NCBI GenBank assembly: GCA_005799365.1
Contig: SYGV01000079.1
Span: forward strand, 990 to 64,989
DNA length: 64,000 bases
Direction: 5' to 3'
DNA from: Nitrospiraceae bacterium
GTDB lineage: Bacteria; Nitrospirota; Nitrospiria; Nitrospirales; Nitrospiraceae
This document shows, one piece after another, positions 17,898 to 26,077 of the stretch (its first letter is position 1; every line of letters begins with the position of its first letter). Both the position numbers and the translations under genes were made by a program. The notes below the pieces were generated by a model that was given only the letters and a program-made list of their open reading frames with translations, ran no database searches and was not told the origin of the DNA.

Positions 17898-17911
17898 GAA
17901 AATTAACTGGG

Positions 17912-18628
17912 TCAAGAGGAGCCAGGCGCCGTATCCGGCTGGTCGGACGCAAGGGACTTCAATTTGGCGAGGTCGCGGATGATGATTTGCTTGGCTGTAC
18001 CGGAAACCAATCGGGCACGCTTAAACCGCCCCATGATGCGGATCGCCGTCTCCACCGCAATGCCCACCATGTTAGCCAGGTCTTGCCTGGTCAACCGGAC
18101 GGTCAGGCGAATCCCGCTCGCCTCTTTCACTCCGGTCCTGGCAGCGAGGTTCACCAACAGGGCGGCCAGCCGCTGCTCGGCCAGGTCCAGGGCCATGACC
18201 TTGGCATTTTCTTGCGCCTCGTTCAGACGCTGGCCCAGGTACCGGATGACTTCAATGCCGGCTTCAGGATTCCGGCGGAGCACGTCGAAGTAGGCTTTTC
18301 TGCTCAGCCGGAGAACGCGCACATCCCCCAAAGGCTTGGCGCAGCCTGGGTGGGGTGCCCCGTCGAACACCGCAGCCTCGCAACAGAAGAGGTCGCCCGG
18401 CAGCAGCACCTTGAGCGTCACCTCTTTCCCGTCCGGGGAGGTCTTGACGCACTTGACGCTGCCTTCTTTGAGGATATGGAAATATTCCGCCGGATCTCCC
18501 TCCCGGAAGATGAACTGGTCCTTGTTGTAGGAAAACTCGACGATCTGGCCGGCGAGATTCCGACGGTCTCGGGCCGTCAGGACGTTGAGCAGTGGAATTT
18601 TCTTATGGAGAGGATCGGCGGCGCCCAT
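17912..18628 (-). CDS. Crp/Fnr-family transcriptional regulator
   Basis: cNMP-binding beta-roll (FIFREGDPAEYFHILKEGSVK) plus a C-terminal HTH (LTRQDLANMVGIAVETAIRIMGRF). No FNR-type N-terminal Cys cluster. Confidence 0.85.
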   Translation of the reverse strand: MGAADPLHKKIPLLNVLTARDRRNLAGQIVEFSYNKDQFIFREGDPAEYFHILKEGSVKCVKTSPDGKEVTLKVLLPGDLFCCEAAVFDGAPHPGCAKPLGDVRVLRLSRKAYFDVLRRNPEAGIEVIRYLGQRLNEAQENAKVMALDLAEQRLAALLVNLAARTGVKEASGIRLTVRLTRQDLANMVGIAVETAIRIMGRFKRARLVSGTAKQIIIRDLAKLKSLASDQPDTAPGSS

Positions 18629-18746
18629 TGCTTCAGCGATCTTCCAGGATGGTCACACAGGCTGCTCACCGAACAGCGCCCGGCGTGCGCGGTGGGGAAC
18701 ACGGGAATCATACCACAGCCACCCCACCGTCTTATTCGACATCCTG

Positions 18747-20606
18747 TCAGAGCATCTGCCTGGCCGCCTCGACGATCGAGCGCGCTCCGATGCCGAAGCG
18801 ATCGATCAGCTCGTCCGGCTTGCCGCTGTGGGGGATTTCCAGGACCGCCAGCTTGCGCACGCGCACGCCCTCGCTCCCGACCGCCCCGAGCACCGCGTCG
18901 CCCAAGCCACCGTGGAGATAATGGTCCTCCACCGTGAGGATGCGGTTCTGCGTCGCCTTCGCGCAGGTGAGCAGGGTCGTCCGGTCGATCGGGGCGATAC
19001 TGTAGAGGTCCACCACCCGCACCGCGATGCCAGCGGCCTTGAGTTGGTCGTGCGCCTTCAGGGCTTCGAAGAGCGTGACCCCGGCCGCCACGATGGTGAG
19101 CTTGTCGGACTGGCTCTGCCGCAAGACCTTGGAGCCCCCGATCGCAAAGGCCTCATCGTTGCCGTAGAGGATCGGCGCTTTGGGCCGGCCGGTCCGGATA
19201 TAGACCGGTCCCTGGTGGGCGGCGGCCGCTTCGATCATCCGATAGGTGCAGACGGCGTCGGACGGGTAGAGCACCGCCACGCCCGGCTGCGCCGCCATCA
19301 TGGCGATGTCCTCGAGGCCCATTTGCGAGGGACCGTCCTCGCCGATGCTCACCCCCGCATGGGTCCCGACCAGTTTGATGTTGGAATGGCTGATGGCGGC
19401 CACGCGGACGAAGTCATAGGCCCTGGTGAGAAAACAGGCGAAGGTAGCCGCAAAGGGGATCTTGCCGCAAGCGGCCAGGCCCATCGCGGCGCCCACCATG
19501 TTCTGCTCCGCGATGAAATTTTCGAAAAACCGGTCGGGGAACTGCTTGCCGAACTTATCCGTATAGGTGGAGTTCTTCACGTCCGCATCCAGGCCGACCA
19601 CCAGCGGATTAGCTTCGCCGAGCGCCGCTAGGGCTACCCCGAAGGCCTCGCGGGTGGCCACTGAGTCGGTCGGCTTGTAGCTGGGCGACGCCATGGCTTT
19701 GGCCGGCTTGCTCCCGTTCACAGAGCCGGCAGGCTTCTTGATGGCCGGCTCCGGGACTCCGGGCTTGAGCTGTTTCGTCAATTCGTCGATGGCCTTCTGG
19801 CTCTCCTCGCCCTTCTTCAGCGCCTTGCCGTGCCAATCCATCTTGTCTTCGACGAAGGAGATGCCTTTGCCTTTGAACGTCTTGGCCAAGAGCACCGTGG
19901 GCTTTCCCGTCGTCCGGGCCGCCTCGTCAAAGGCGGCCAGCAGAGCGGGGATGTCATGGCCGTCCACCACGATGGCATGCCAGCCGAATCCGGACCACCG
20001 AGCCCGATAGGCCTCCATGTCGTGCTGCAACATGGTGGGATCGCTCTGGCCCAGCCGATTGACATCCACGATCGCGCAGAGATTGTCCAAGGCAAACTGC
20101 CGGCCCAGTTCGACCGACTCCCAGACCGATCCCTCGACCGATTCGCCGTCGCCCATGAGCACATAGATACGCGCGCCGGAACAATCAAGCCGTTTGGCGT
20201 TCAAGGCCATGCCAATCCCGGCGGACAGTCCCTGCCCGAGCGAGCCGGTCGCCACGTCCACAAAGGGGAGGCGCGGCGTCGGATGTCCTTCCAGATCGCT
20301 CGTCAGCGTGCGGAGCTTCAACAGGTCCTGTTTGTTGACTAGGCCGGCCTCGGCCCAGGCCGCGTAGAGGAGGGGGGCCGCATGCCCCTTGGAGAGCACG
20401 AAACGATCGTTGCTCAACTGCCGCGGCTGCTGCGGATCGTACCGCATCACGGAGAAGAAGAGGGTGGCGACGATGTCGGCCGCGGAGCAACAGCTGGACG
20501 GGTGCCCGCTCCCCGCTTCGGACGTGGCGCGGACGCTTTCAATGCGCAAGTGGGCCGCTTTATTCGAGATCGCAGCGACAAGAGTTTCCGGCATCGTGGT
20601 AGCCAT
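18747..20606 (-). CDS. tkt: Transketolase (619-aa, eukaryote-like short form)
   Basis: Motifs GSGHPSSCCSAADIVATLFF, GSLGQGLSAGIGMAL and MGDGESVEGSVWE, plus a C-terminal pyrimidine-binding/transketolase C domain. Confidence 0.9.
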   Translation of the reverse strand: MATTMPETLVAAISNKAAHLRIESVRATSEAGSGHPSSCCSAADIVATLFFSVMRYDPQQPRQLSNDRFVLSKGHAAPLLYAAWAEAGLVNKQDLLKLRTLTSDLEGHPTPRLPFVDVATGSLGQGLSAGIGMALNAKRLDCSGARIYVLMGDGESVEGSVWESVELGRQFALDNLCAIVDVNRLGQSDPTMLQHDMEAYRARWSGFGWHAIVVDGHDIPALLAAFDEAARTTGKPTVLLAKTFKGKGISFVEDKMDWHGKALKKGEESQKAIDELTKQLKPGVPEPAIKKPAGSVNGSKPAKAMASPSYKPTDSVATREAFGVALAALGEANPLVVGLDADVKNSTYTDKFGKQFPDRFFENFIAEQNMVGAAMGLAACGKIPFAATFACFLTRAYDFVRVAAISHSNIKLVGTHAGVSIGEDGPSQMGLEDIAMMAAQPGVAVLYPSDAVCTYRMIEAAAAHQGPVYIRTGRPKAPILYGNDEAFAIGGSKVLRQSQSDKLTIVAAGVTLFEALKAHDQLKAAGIAVRVVDLYSIAPIDRTTLLTCAKATQNRILTVEDHYLHGGLGDAVLGAVGSEGVRVRKLAVLEIPHSGKPDELIDRFGIGARSIVEAARQML

Positions 20607-20806
20607 GTGTAGACTCTCCTTCCCTAGAGATCAGTGGCAGGGCACTTGTAACAAAGTGACGCCCCCCAGTCAATTGCGCACATTCTTTGGATTTACTTAC
20701 GATCCCGCATGCGACACAGGAACCCTCTCTTACCTTATCGGCGCCCGTGAGCACCGGCTTGAGGAATTTCTTCGAGATTGCCAGGGAACCAGTTCGGTGG
20801 GGGGCC

Positions 20807-21640
20807 CTAATGCGGAGCCCTCTGCCGGAAGAACCGGAGCAACAAATAGGCATTGAGCGCCACGACGGCGGCCAAGAGGCTGTGGGCGACTGCTGGAATC
20901 GTGAGCTTCAGCTCCACAAGCACCCGCGACAATCCAAACCCGACCACGACCGCATCGAAACTCATGCACAAGCGCCGGAAGGTTTCTGGGTCCATCCAGC
21001 GAATGAGATAGCTCCCGATGGGAATGCCGATCAGCACGCTCGGCACGATATACGGAATGATCTCCAGGCTGCCCATGCTGTACAGCCCGATGAAGTAATA
21101 GGCGACGGCTGTCATGCTGGACTCCGCCGTGCGGATGACGGCCAGTGCCGCGCGAAAATCCTGCTTGGCATAACCCTGGTTATTGAAGAGCAAGGCCAGC
21201 GGCGGGCCGGAAATGGTGGTCACGGAATAGAGCAATCCGACCCCCGCTCCAAACGGCACCGCGATGGCGTTTTCGGCCTGGATGGGCCTCCGGATGCCGG
21301 CGGCCTGCAGGAGGATCAGGGGCAGGAGCATGCAATAGGTGATGAACTTGGCCCAGCTTGGCTGAACCAGCGACAGCACGTAGGCGCCGCCCCCGACGCC
21401 GACGAGCAAGCCCAGGAGCATGGGCATCACGCGCTTCCAAATGTGCGGCACGCTGCGCCGGTTGATCAGCAAGACATAGCCGTTGATGACCAGCTCCACC
21501 AGAACCAACGCCGGGTTCAGAATCCGGTTGACATAAAACAGCAGGGCCACGGGGACGGTGATGGACGAGAAGCCATACCCGAGCCCCCCGTTGACGATCG
21601 CCGCCAGGAACGTAATCGCAATGAGGACGCTGTGATCCAT
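20807..21640 (-). CDS. TauE/SafE-family (DUF81) membrane anion exporter
   Basis: 277 aa with 8 TM. The N-terminus (LIAITFLAAIVNGGLGYGFSSITVPVALLF) is typical of the family. Confidence 0.8.
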   Translation of the reverse strand: MDHSVLIAITFLAAIVNGGLGYGFSSITVPVALLFYVNRILNPALVLVELVINGYVLLINRRSVPHIWKRVMPMLLGLLVGVGGGAYVLSLVQPSWAKFITYCMLLPLILLQAAGIRRPIQAENAIAVPFGAGVGLLYSVTTISGPPLALLFNNQGYAKQDFRAALAVIRTAESSMTAVAYYFIGLYSMGSLEIIPYIVPSVLIGIPIGSYLIRWMDPETFRRLCMSFDAVVVGFGLSRVLVELKLTIPAVAHSLLAAVVALNAYLLLRFFRQRAPH

Positions 21641-21695
21641 GCCTATCCCTTATGCACTGAAGCTTTCCGGCATTCTTTCGCCGCACGGGCGCTGC

Positions 21696-22139
21696 TCAGG
21701 ATTGCCCCCCCTTGTGGCGGCCCGAGGCAAAGTCCCGTAGCGTATAGTTGTCGAGGATGGCGGCGATCGCATTGCGGACATCCAGCATGACCTGTTGAAT
21801 CGGGCAGGTGGCCGTGTCCGCATGGGGACAGTCCTGGCACTTCTGATAGGCGGTTTTGCTGACGCAGGCGATCGGGGCCAGGGGCCCATCTAAAAGCCGG
21901 ATCACTTGGCCGAGCGTGATCTCTTCGGGCGCCTTCAGTAGACTGTATCCCCCGTTGATGCCTCGCTTGCTGGTCAGGAGGCCCGCGTTCTTGAGCGTCA
22001 ACAGGATCTGCTCCAGGAACTCGATGGGGATATTTTGCCGTTCGGCAATCTCATGGCGCTGCAGGAGGATGGAGTCCCGTTGCGCCGTAAGTTCCAACAA
22101 GGCCCGAAGCGCATATTCGCCTTTTTTCGAAAATTTCAT
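21696..22139 (-). CDS. Rrf2-family transcriptional regulator (Fe-S type)
   Basis: N-terminal wHTH (MKFSKKGEYALRALLEL) and a Cys cluster (CVSKTAYQKCQDCPHADTATC). Confidence 0.85.
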   Translation of the reverse strand: MKFSKKGEYALRALLELTAQRDSILLQRHEIAERQNIPIEFLEQILLTLKNAGLLTSKRGINGGYSLLKAPEEITLGQVIRLLDGPLAPIACVSKTAYQKCQDCPHADTATCPIQQVMLDVRNAIAAILDNYTLRDFASGRHKGGQS

Positions 22140-22306
22140 CTCAGGCTCGAAAGTAAAGTGATTCGCTCAATTTTTCAGACAATAGACGAACCGGGGACGT
22201 GAGTCAAGGCGCACAACGCAACCGACCACATACCTCATGGTCAAATCCTGACTCATCACGTCTCGCGACAGACTCATAAAAGCCCCTTGAGATCCCTGTC
22301 GTTACC

Positions 22307-22336
22307 TTGACAGGGAAAGAGGTTTCTTGTTATTTT
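22307..22336 (+). promoter_or_regulatory. Candidate sigma70 promoter of glyQS
   Basis: TTGACA (22307-22312), 18-bp spacer, TATTTT (22331-22336). The -35 is overlapped by the inverted repeat CCCTGTC (22294) / GACAGGG (22309). Confidence 0.35.
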
Positions 22337-22430
22337 GACGCCGCTTCCGGGGGAGATATGGCCCCAGGAGCGGCCACATGGGCATCGACCCATCCCGTTA
22401 TCGACCAGGCAACAGCGGCAAGGGCGTTCT

Positions 22431-23327
22431 GTGACCCTCCAGGAGCTCATCCTCTCCCTCCATCGCTACTGGGCCGACCAAGGCTGCGTCATCCATCAAC
22501 CCTACGACTTGGAGATGGGCGCGGGGACGTTCCACCCGGCAACCTTTCTGCGCGCCCTCGGGCCGGAGCCCTGGCGGGCTGCCTATCCTCAGCCCTGCCG
22601 CCGCCCCACGGACGGCCGCTATGGCGACAATCCGAACCGGATGCAACATTACTATCAGTACCAGGTGGCGCTGAAACCTTCGCCGGCGAACATTCAGGAC
22701 CTGTATTTGGAGAGCCTGACCCGCCTCGGTATCAACCCCAAACACCACGATATCCGTTTTATGCAGGATGACTGGGAATCGCCCACACTCGGAGCCTGGG
22801 GTCTGGGCTGGGAAGTGCGGCTCGACGGTATGGAAATCACCCAGTTCACCTATTTTCAGGAAGTGGGAGGCATCGAGCTCAACCCCATCACCGTGGAGAT
22901 CACCTACGGCACCGAACGCATCGCCATGTACCTCCAGCAAATCGATAACGTCTACGACCTGCGATGGAACGACCAGATCAGCTATGGGGACATCCATCAC
23001 CAAACGGAAGTCCAATTTTCCACCTATAATTTCGAGGCCTCGGACGCAACGATGCTCACGGCGGCGTTTCAGACCTTCGAAGGCGAGTGCATGAAACTGA
23101 TCGACCGAGGGCTGATCCTGCCGGCCTACGACTACTGCATCAAGTCCTCCCACGTGTTCAATCTGCTGGATGCGCGCGGCGCCATCGGGGTCGCCGAGCG
23201 AACCGGCTTTATCGCCCGCGTCCGGGCCTTGGCCTACAAATGCGCCGAAGGCTACCTAGCACAACGAGAGCAACTCGGGTATCCGCTGCTCGCGAAGAAG
23301 CCGGCGGGCAAGACGGTCATCACGTAA
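22431..23327 (+). CDS. glyQ: Glycine--tRNA ligase alpha subunit
   Basis: The GTG start gives [19 protein letters not shown], a canonical GlyQ N-terminus, and 298 aa. The longer ORF-track start is rejected. Confidence 0.9.
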   Translation: MTLQELILSLHRYWADQGCVIHQPYDLEMGAGTFHPATFLRALGPEPWRAAYPQPCRRPTDGRYGDNPNRMQHYYQYQVALKPSPANIQDLYLESLTRLGINPKHHDIRFMQDDWESPTLGAWGLGWEVRLDGMEITQFTYFQEVGGIELNPITVEITYGTERIAMYLQQIDNVYDLRWNDQISYGDIHHQTEVQFSTYNFEASDATMLTAAFQTFEGECMKLIDRGLILPAYDYCIKSSHVFNLLDARGAIGVAERTGFIARVRALAYKCAEGYLAQREQLGYPLLAKKPAGKTVIT

Positions 23328-23337
23328 CGGCGTCCGA

Positions 23338-25515
23338 ATGATACCACGATCAAAGACAGGCCCGGCCAGGACCAAGGCCAAGAGTCAAACCGCCAAGCCG
23401 GCTGCCGGCGAACTCCTCCTTGAAATCGGGACGGAAGAGCTGCCGTATCACTTCATCCAACCGGCCCTCCGTTCGATCCACAGCCTGACCGAGCAACTAT
23501 TGAACGAGCACCGGCTCACGCATGGGGCGGTGCAAACCTTCGGCACCCCCAGACGCCTCGCGCTGTCGGTCGCATCCGTGTGCGATCGCCAGACCGCCGT
23601 GACCAAGGAAACGATGGGGCCCTCGAAGGCAGTGGCGTACGACGCAGCCGGACAACCGACCAGGGCTGCGGTCGGGTTTGCCGCCGGGCAGGGAGTGCCG
23701 GTCGAAGCACTCGAAGTCCGCTCAACGCCCAAAGGCGAGTATCTGTTCGCCGTCAAACGCGAGACAGGACAGTGGACGGCCTCGGTCCTGACCGAGCTAC
23801 TCCCGGCACTCATCGGCAAGCTGTCCTTTCCTAAATCCATGACATGGAACGACACGGGAGCCAGATTCGGGCGCCCTATCCGCTGGCTCCTGGCTCTCTA
23901 TGCAGGAAAACCGGTCCCGTTCCAGATCGCCGGGGTTCGTGCGGGCGCCCGCACCTGGGGGCACAGGTTTCTCGGACCGGCAGGCCGCAAAACAGCCCAG
24001 GGCCTTCCGGTCACCGACCTCAAGTCGTACCTGCGTACGTTGGAGCAGCACGGCGTCATCCCGGATCAGGATCGCCGACGCGAGTTGATCCTGGCGCAAG
24101 TCGAGAAGCTCACCAAAGCGGCGGGCGGACGCCCGCACCGCGACGAGGCATTGCTGGATCAGGCGGTGTTCACGACGGAATGCCCGCACCCGCTTCTCGG
24201 CGGATTCAACCCCCAGTACCTGTCGCTCCCCAAAGAAATCCTCATGACCTCCATGAAAGAACACCAGGGCTTCTTCTCCGTTTTGCGCAACGACGGCACC
24301 TTGCTGCCTGCGTTCGTGTCCGTCACTAACATGAAGCTGGCCAACATGAAGTTGATTCAAGCCGGCAACGAACGGGTGCTGGCGGCGCGCCTGGCCGACG
24401 CCCGCTTCTTCTTCGACGAGGACCGCAAGGTCCGACTGGCCGACCGGGCCGACAAACTCAAGGGCATGACGTTCCACAAAAAACTCGGCACCGTATTCGA
24501 GAAGCAACAGCGGATCGGGCAGCTGGTAGAGCGCCTGGCGGGCATGTTCGCCCTCGACCGCGACTCCTGCCGAACCTGCACGAGGGCCGCTGAACTCTGC
24601 AAGGCCGACCTGACCACCGGCATCGTCGGCGAGTTCCCCGCGCTGCAGGGCATCATGGGGGGGAACTATGCCCAGCACGACGGAGAGACGGACCAGGTGA
24701 GTCGGGCCATTGCCGAACAGTATCTCCCCCCTTCGATGGAGGGGGCCATCCCCGAATCCATGACCGGCAAAGTTCTTTCCCTGGCCGATCGTCTCGACAC
24801 GATCTTCACCTTTTTCCGTGTGGGCCTCGTCCCTTCCGGCTCCGAAGATCCTTTCGCCCTTCGGAGAAACGCTCTGGCGGTGGTGCGCATCGCCCTGGAA
24901 GGACGGCTCCCCCTAAACCTGGGGGAGGTCCATGCGCATATATCCGACCTTTTGGATGACAAAGGCTTCAAACCGGCCGCCCCCGCCAGCGATCCCGTCG
25001 ACTTCATACTGGAGCGCCTTCGGTACTACGGGCGCACGGTTGACGGCCTGCGCGACGACGTGATGCTCGCCGTCCTGAAATCAACGCACCGCACTCAATG
25101 GAACTTACTGACTCTCTACGACAAGATGAACGCCTTGCAAGCCATTACCGGCAGACCGGAGTTCGATCCCTTGATCATCGGCTTCAAACGAGCGCACCGC
25201 ATCGTGGACAAAGAAAAATGGGAAGCCGAAGAGATCAACCCCTCCCTGTTTCAGCACCAGTCGGAGACCGAGCTCTACCAGGCGCTCGAAGAGGCGAGGC
25301 TACACGTGCCGTTCGCCATCGAGAAGGGAAACTATGACACTGCCCTAGAGGGCCTCGTTCGGCTCAAGCCGGCCATCGACGCATTTTTTTCCGGTGTCAT
25401 GGTGAATGCTGACGATCAGGGCATCCGGGCCAATCGGCTCTCGCTTCTCCGCATGATCGATCGCCTGTTTCTCTCGTTCGCCGACCTGTCCGAGATCCTC
25501 GTACCGGGCGCCTAA
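23338..25515 (+). CDS. glyS: Glycine--tRNA ligase beta subunit
   Basis: 725 aa, immediately after glyQ. GlyS-like N-terminus (LLLEIGTEELP) and a conserved core. Confidence 0.9.
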   Translation: MIPRSKTGPARTKAKSQTAKPAAGELLLEIGTEELPYHFIQPALRSIHSLTEQLLNEHRLTHGAVQTFGTPRRLALSVASVCDRQTAVTKETMGPSKAVAYDAAGQPTRAAVGFAAGQGVPVEALEVRSTPKGEYLFAVKRETGQWTASVLTELLPALIGKLSFPKSMTWNDTGARFGRPIRWLLALYAGKPVPFQIAGVRAGARTWGHRFLGPAGRKTAQGLPVTDLKSYLRTLEQHGVIPDQDRRRELILAQVEKLTKAAGGRPHRDEALLDQAVFTTECPHPLLGGFNPQYLSLPKEILMTSMKEHQGFFSVLRNDGTLLPAFVSVTNMKLANMKLIQAGNERVLAARLADARFFFDEDRKVRLADRADKLKGMTFHKKLGTVFEKQQRIGQLVERLAGMFALDRDSCRTCTRAAELCKADLTTGIVGEFPALQGIMGGNYAQHDGETDQVSRAIAEQYLPPSMEGAIPESMTGKVLSLADRLDTIFTFFRVGLVPSGSEDPFALRRNALAVVRIALEGRLPLNLGEVHAHISDLLDDKGFKPAAPASDPVDFILERLRYYGRTVDGLRDDVMLAVLKSTHRTQWNLLTLYDKMNALQAITGRPEFDPLIIGFKRAHRIVDKEKWEAEEINPSLFQHQSETELYQALEEARLHVPFAIEKGNYDTALEGLVRLKPAIDAFFSGVMVNADDQGIRANRLSLLRMIDRLFLSFADLSEILVPGA

Positions 25516-25530
25516 CCATGGTGAGCCGCG

Positions 25531-26034
25531 ATGCAGTCGGACCCACCGCAGCCGCATCCGTCGGAACCGGCCGTCGACGACGACAAAGCCGGGAAACTGC
25601 GGCGCTACTCGTATGGAGTGTCGGCGGCCCTGATCCTCGCCTGCAATGCGGTCTTCCTGGCCGGGCTCTGGGGAAGCGGGGTGGATCTGGATGCCATGAT
25701 CCGCACGCCCGACGTTTTCGATGCCGCCCAGGACGTATGCCTGCGCTTTACCTGGCATCGCGTCATCGGCGCCGAGGAGCCGGTGCAACTCTGCCACGAA
25801 TGGATCAACCTGTCCGATCCCTCGGGAGAGCCCCACATCTTTCAGAAAGAAACCAAGGTCGTGCGGGGAGGGGACGGGAAGCTCTACTTCGACCACGGGG
25901 CGCAAGTGGACTACCGGCTGTTCTTGTTGGCCGCGTTCGTGGCCGCGGTGATCGCGCTGGGCATCGCGACCAAGCGACGCCTGATCGCCCGGTATCGCAC
26001 GAGGCTGGACATGCGGGGCACGACTCCGCCATGA
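25531..26034 (+). CDS. Hypothetical two-TM membrane protein
   Basis: 167 aa. TMs VSAALILACNAVFLAGLW and LFLLAAFVAAVIALGIA. No family recognised. Confidence 0.55.
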   Translation: MQSDPPQPHPSEPAVDDDKAGKLRRYSYGVSAALILACNAVFLAGLWGSGVDLDAMIRTPDVFDAAQDVCLRFTWHRVIGAEEPVQLCHEWINLSDPSGEPHIFQKETKVVRGGDGKLYFDHGAQVDYRLFLLAAFVAAVIALGIATKRRLIARYRTRLDMRGTTPP

Positions 26035-26077
26035 TTGTCATCCAAGGACGGGACGCATCATAAGAGGAGAGGCAGGC

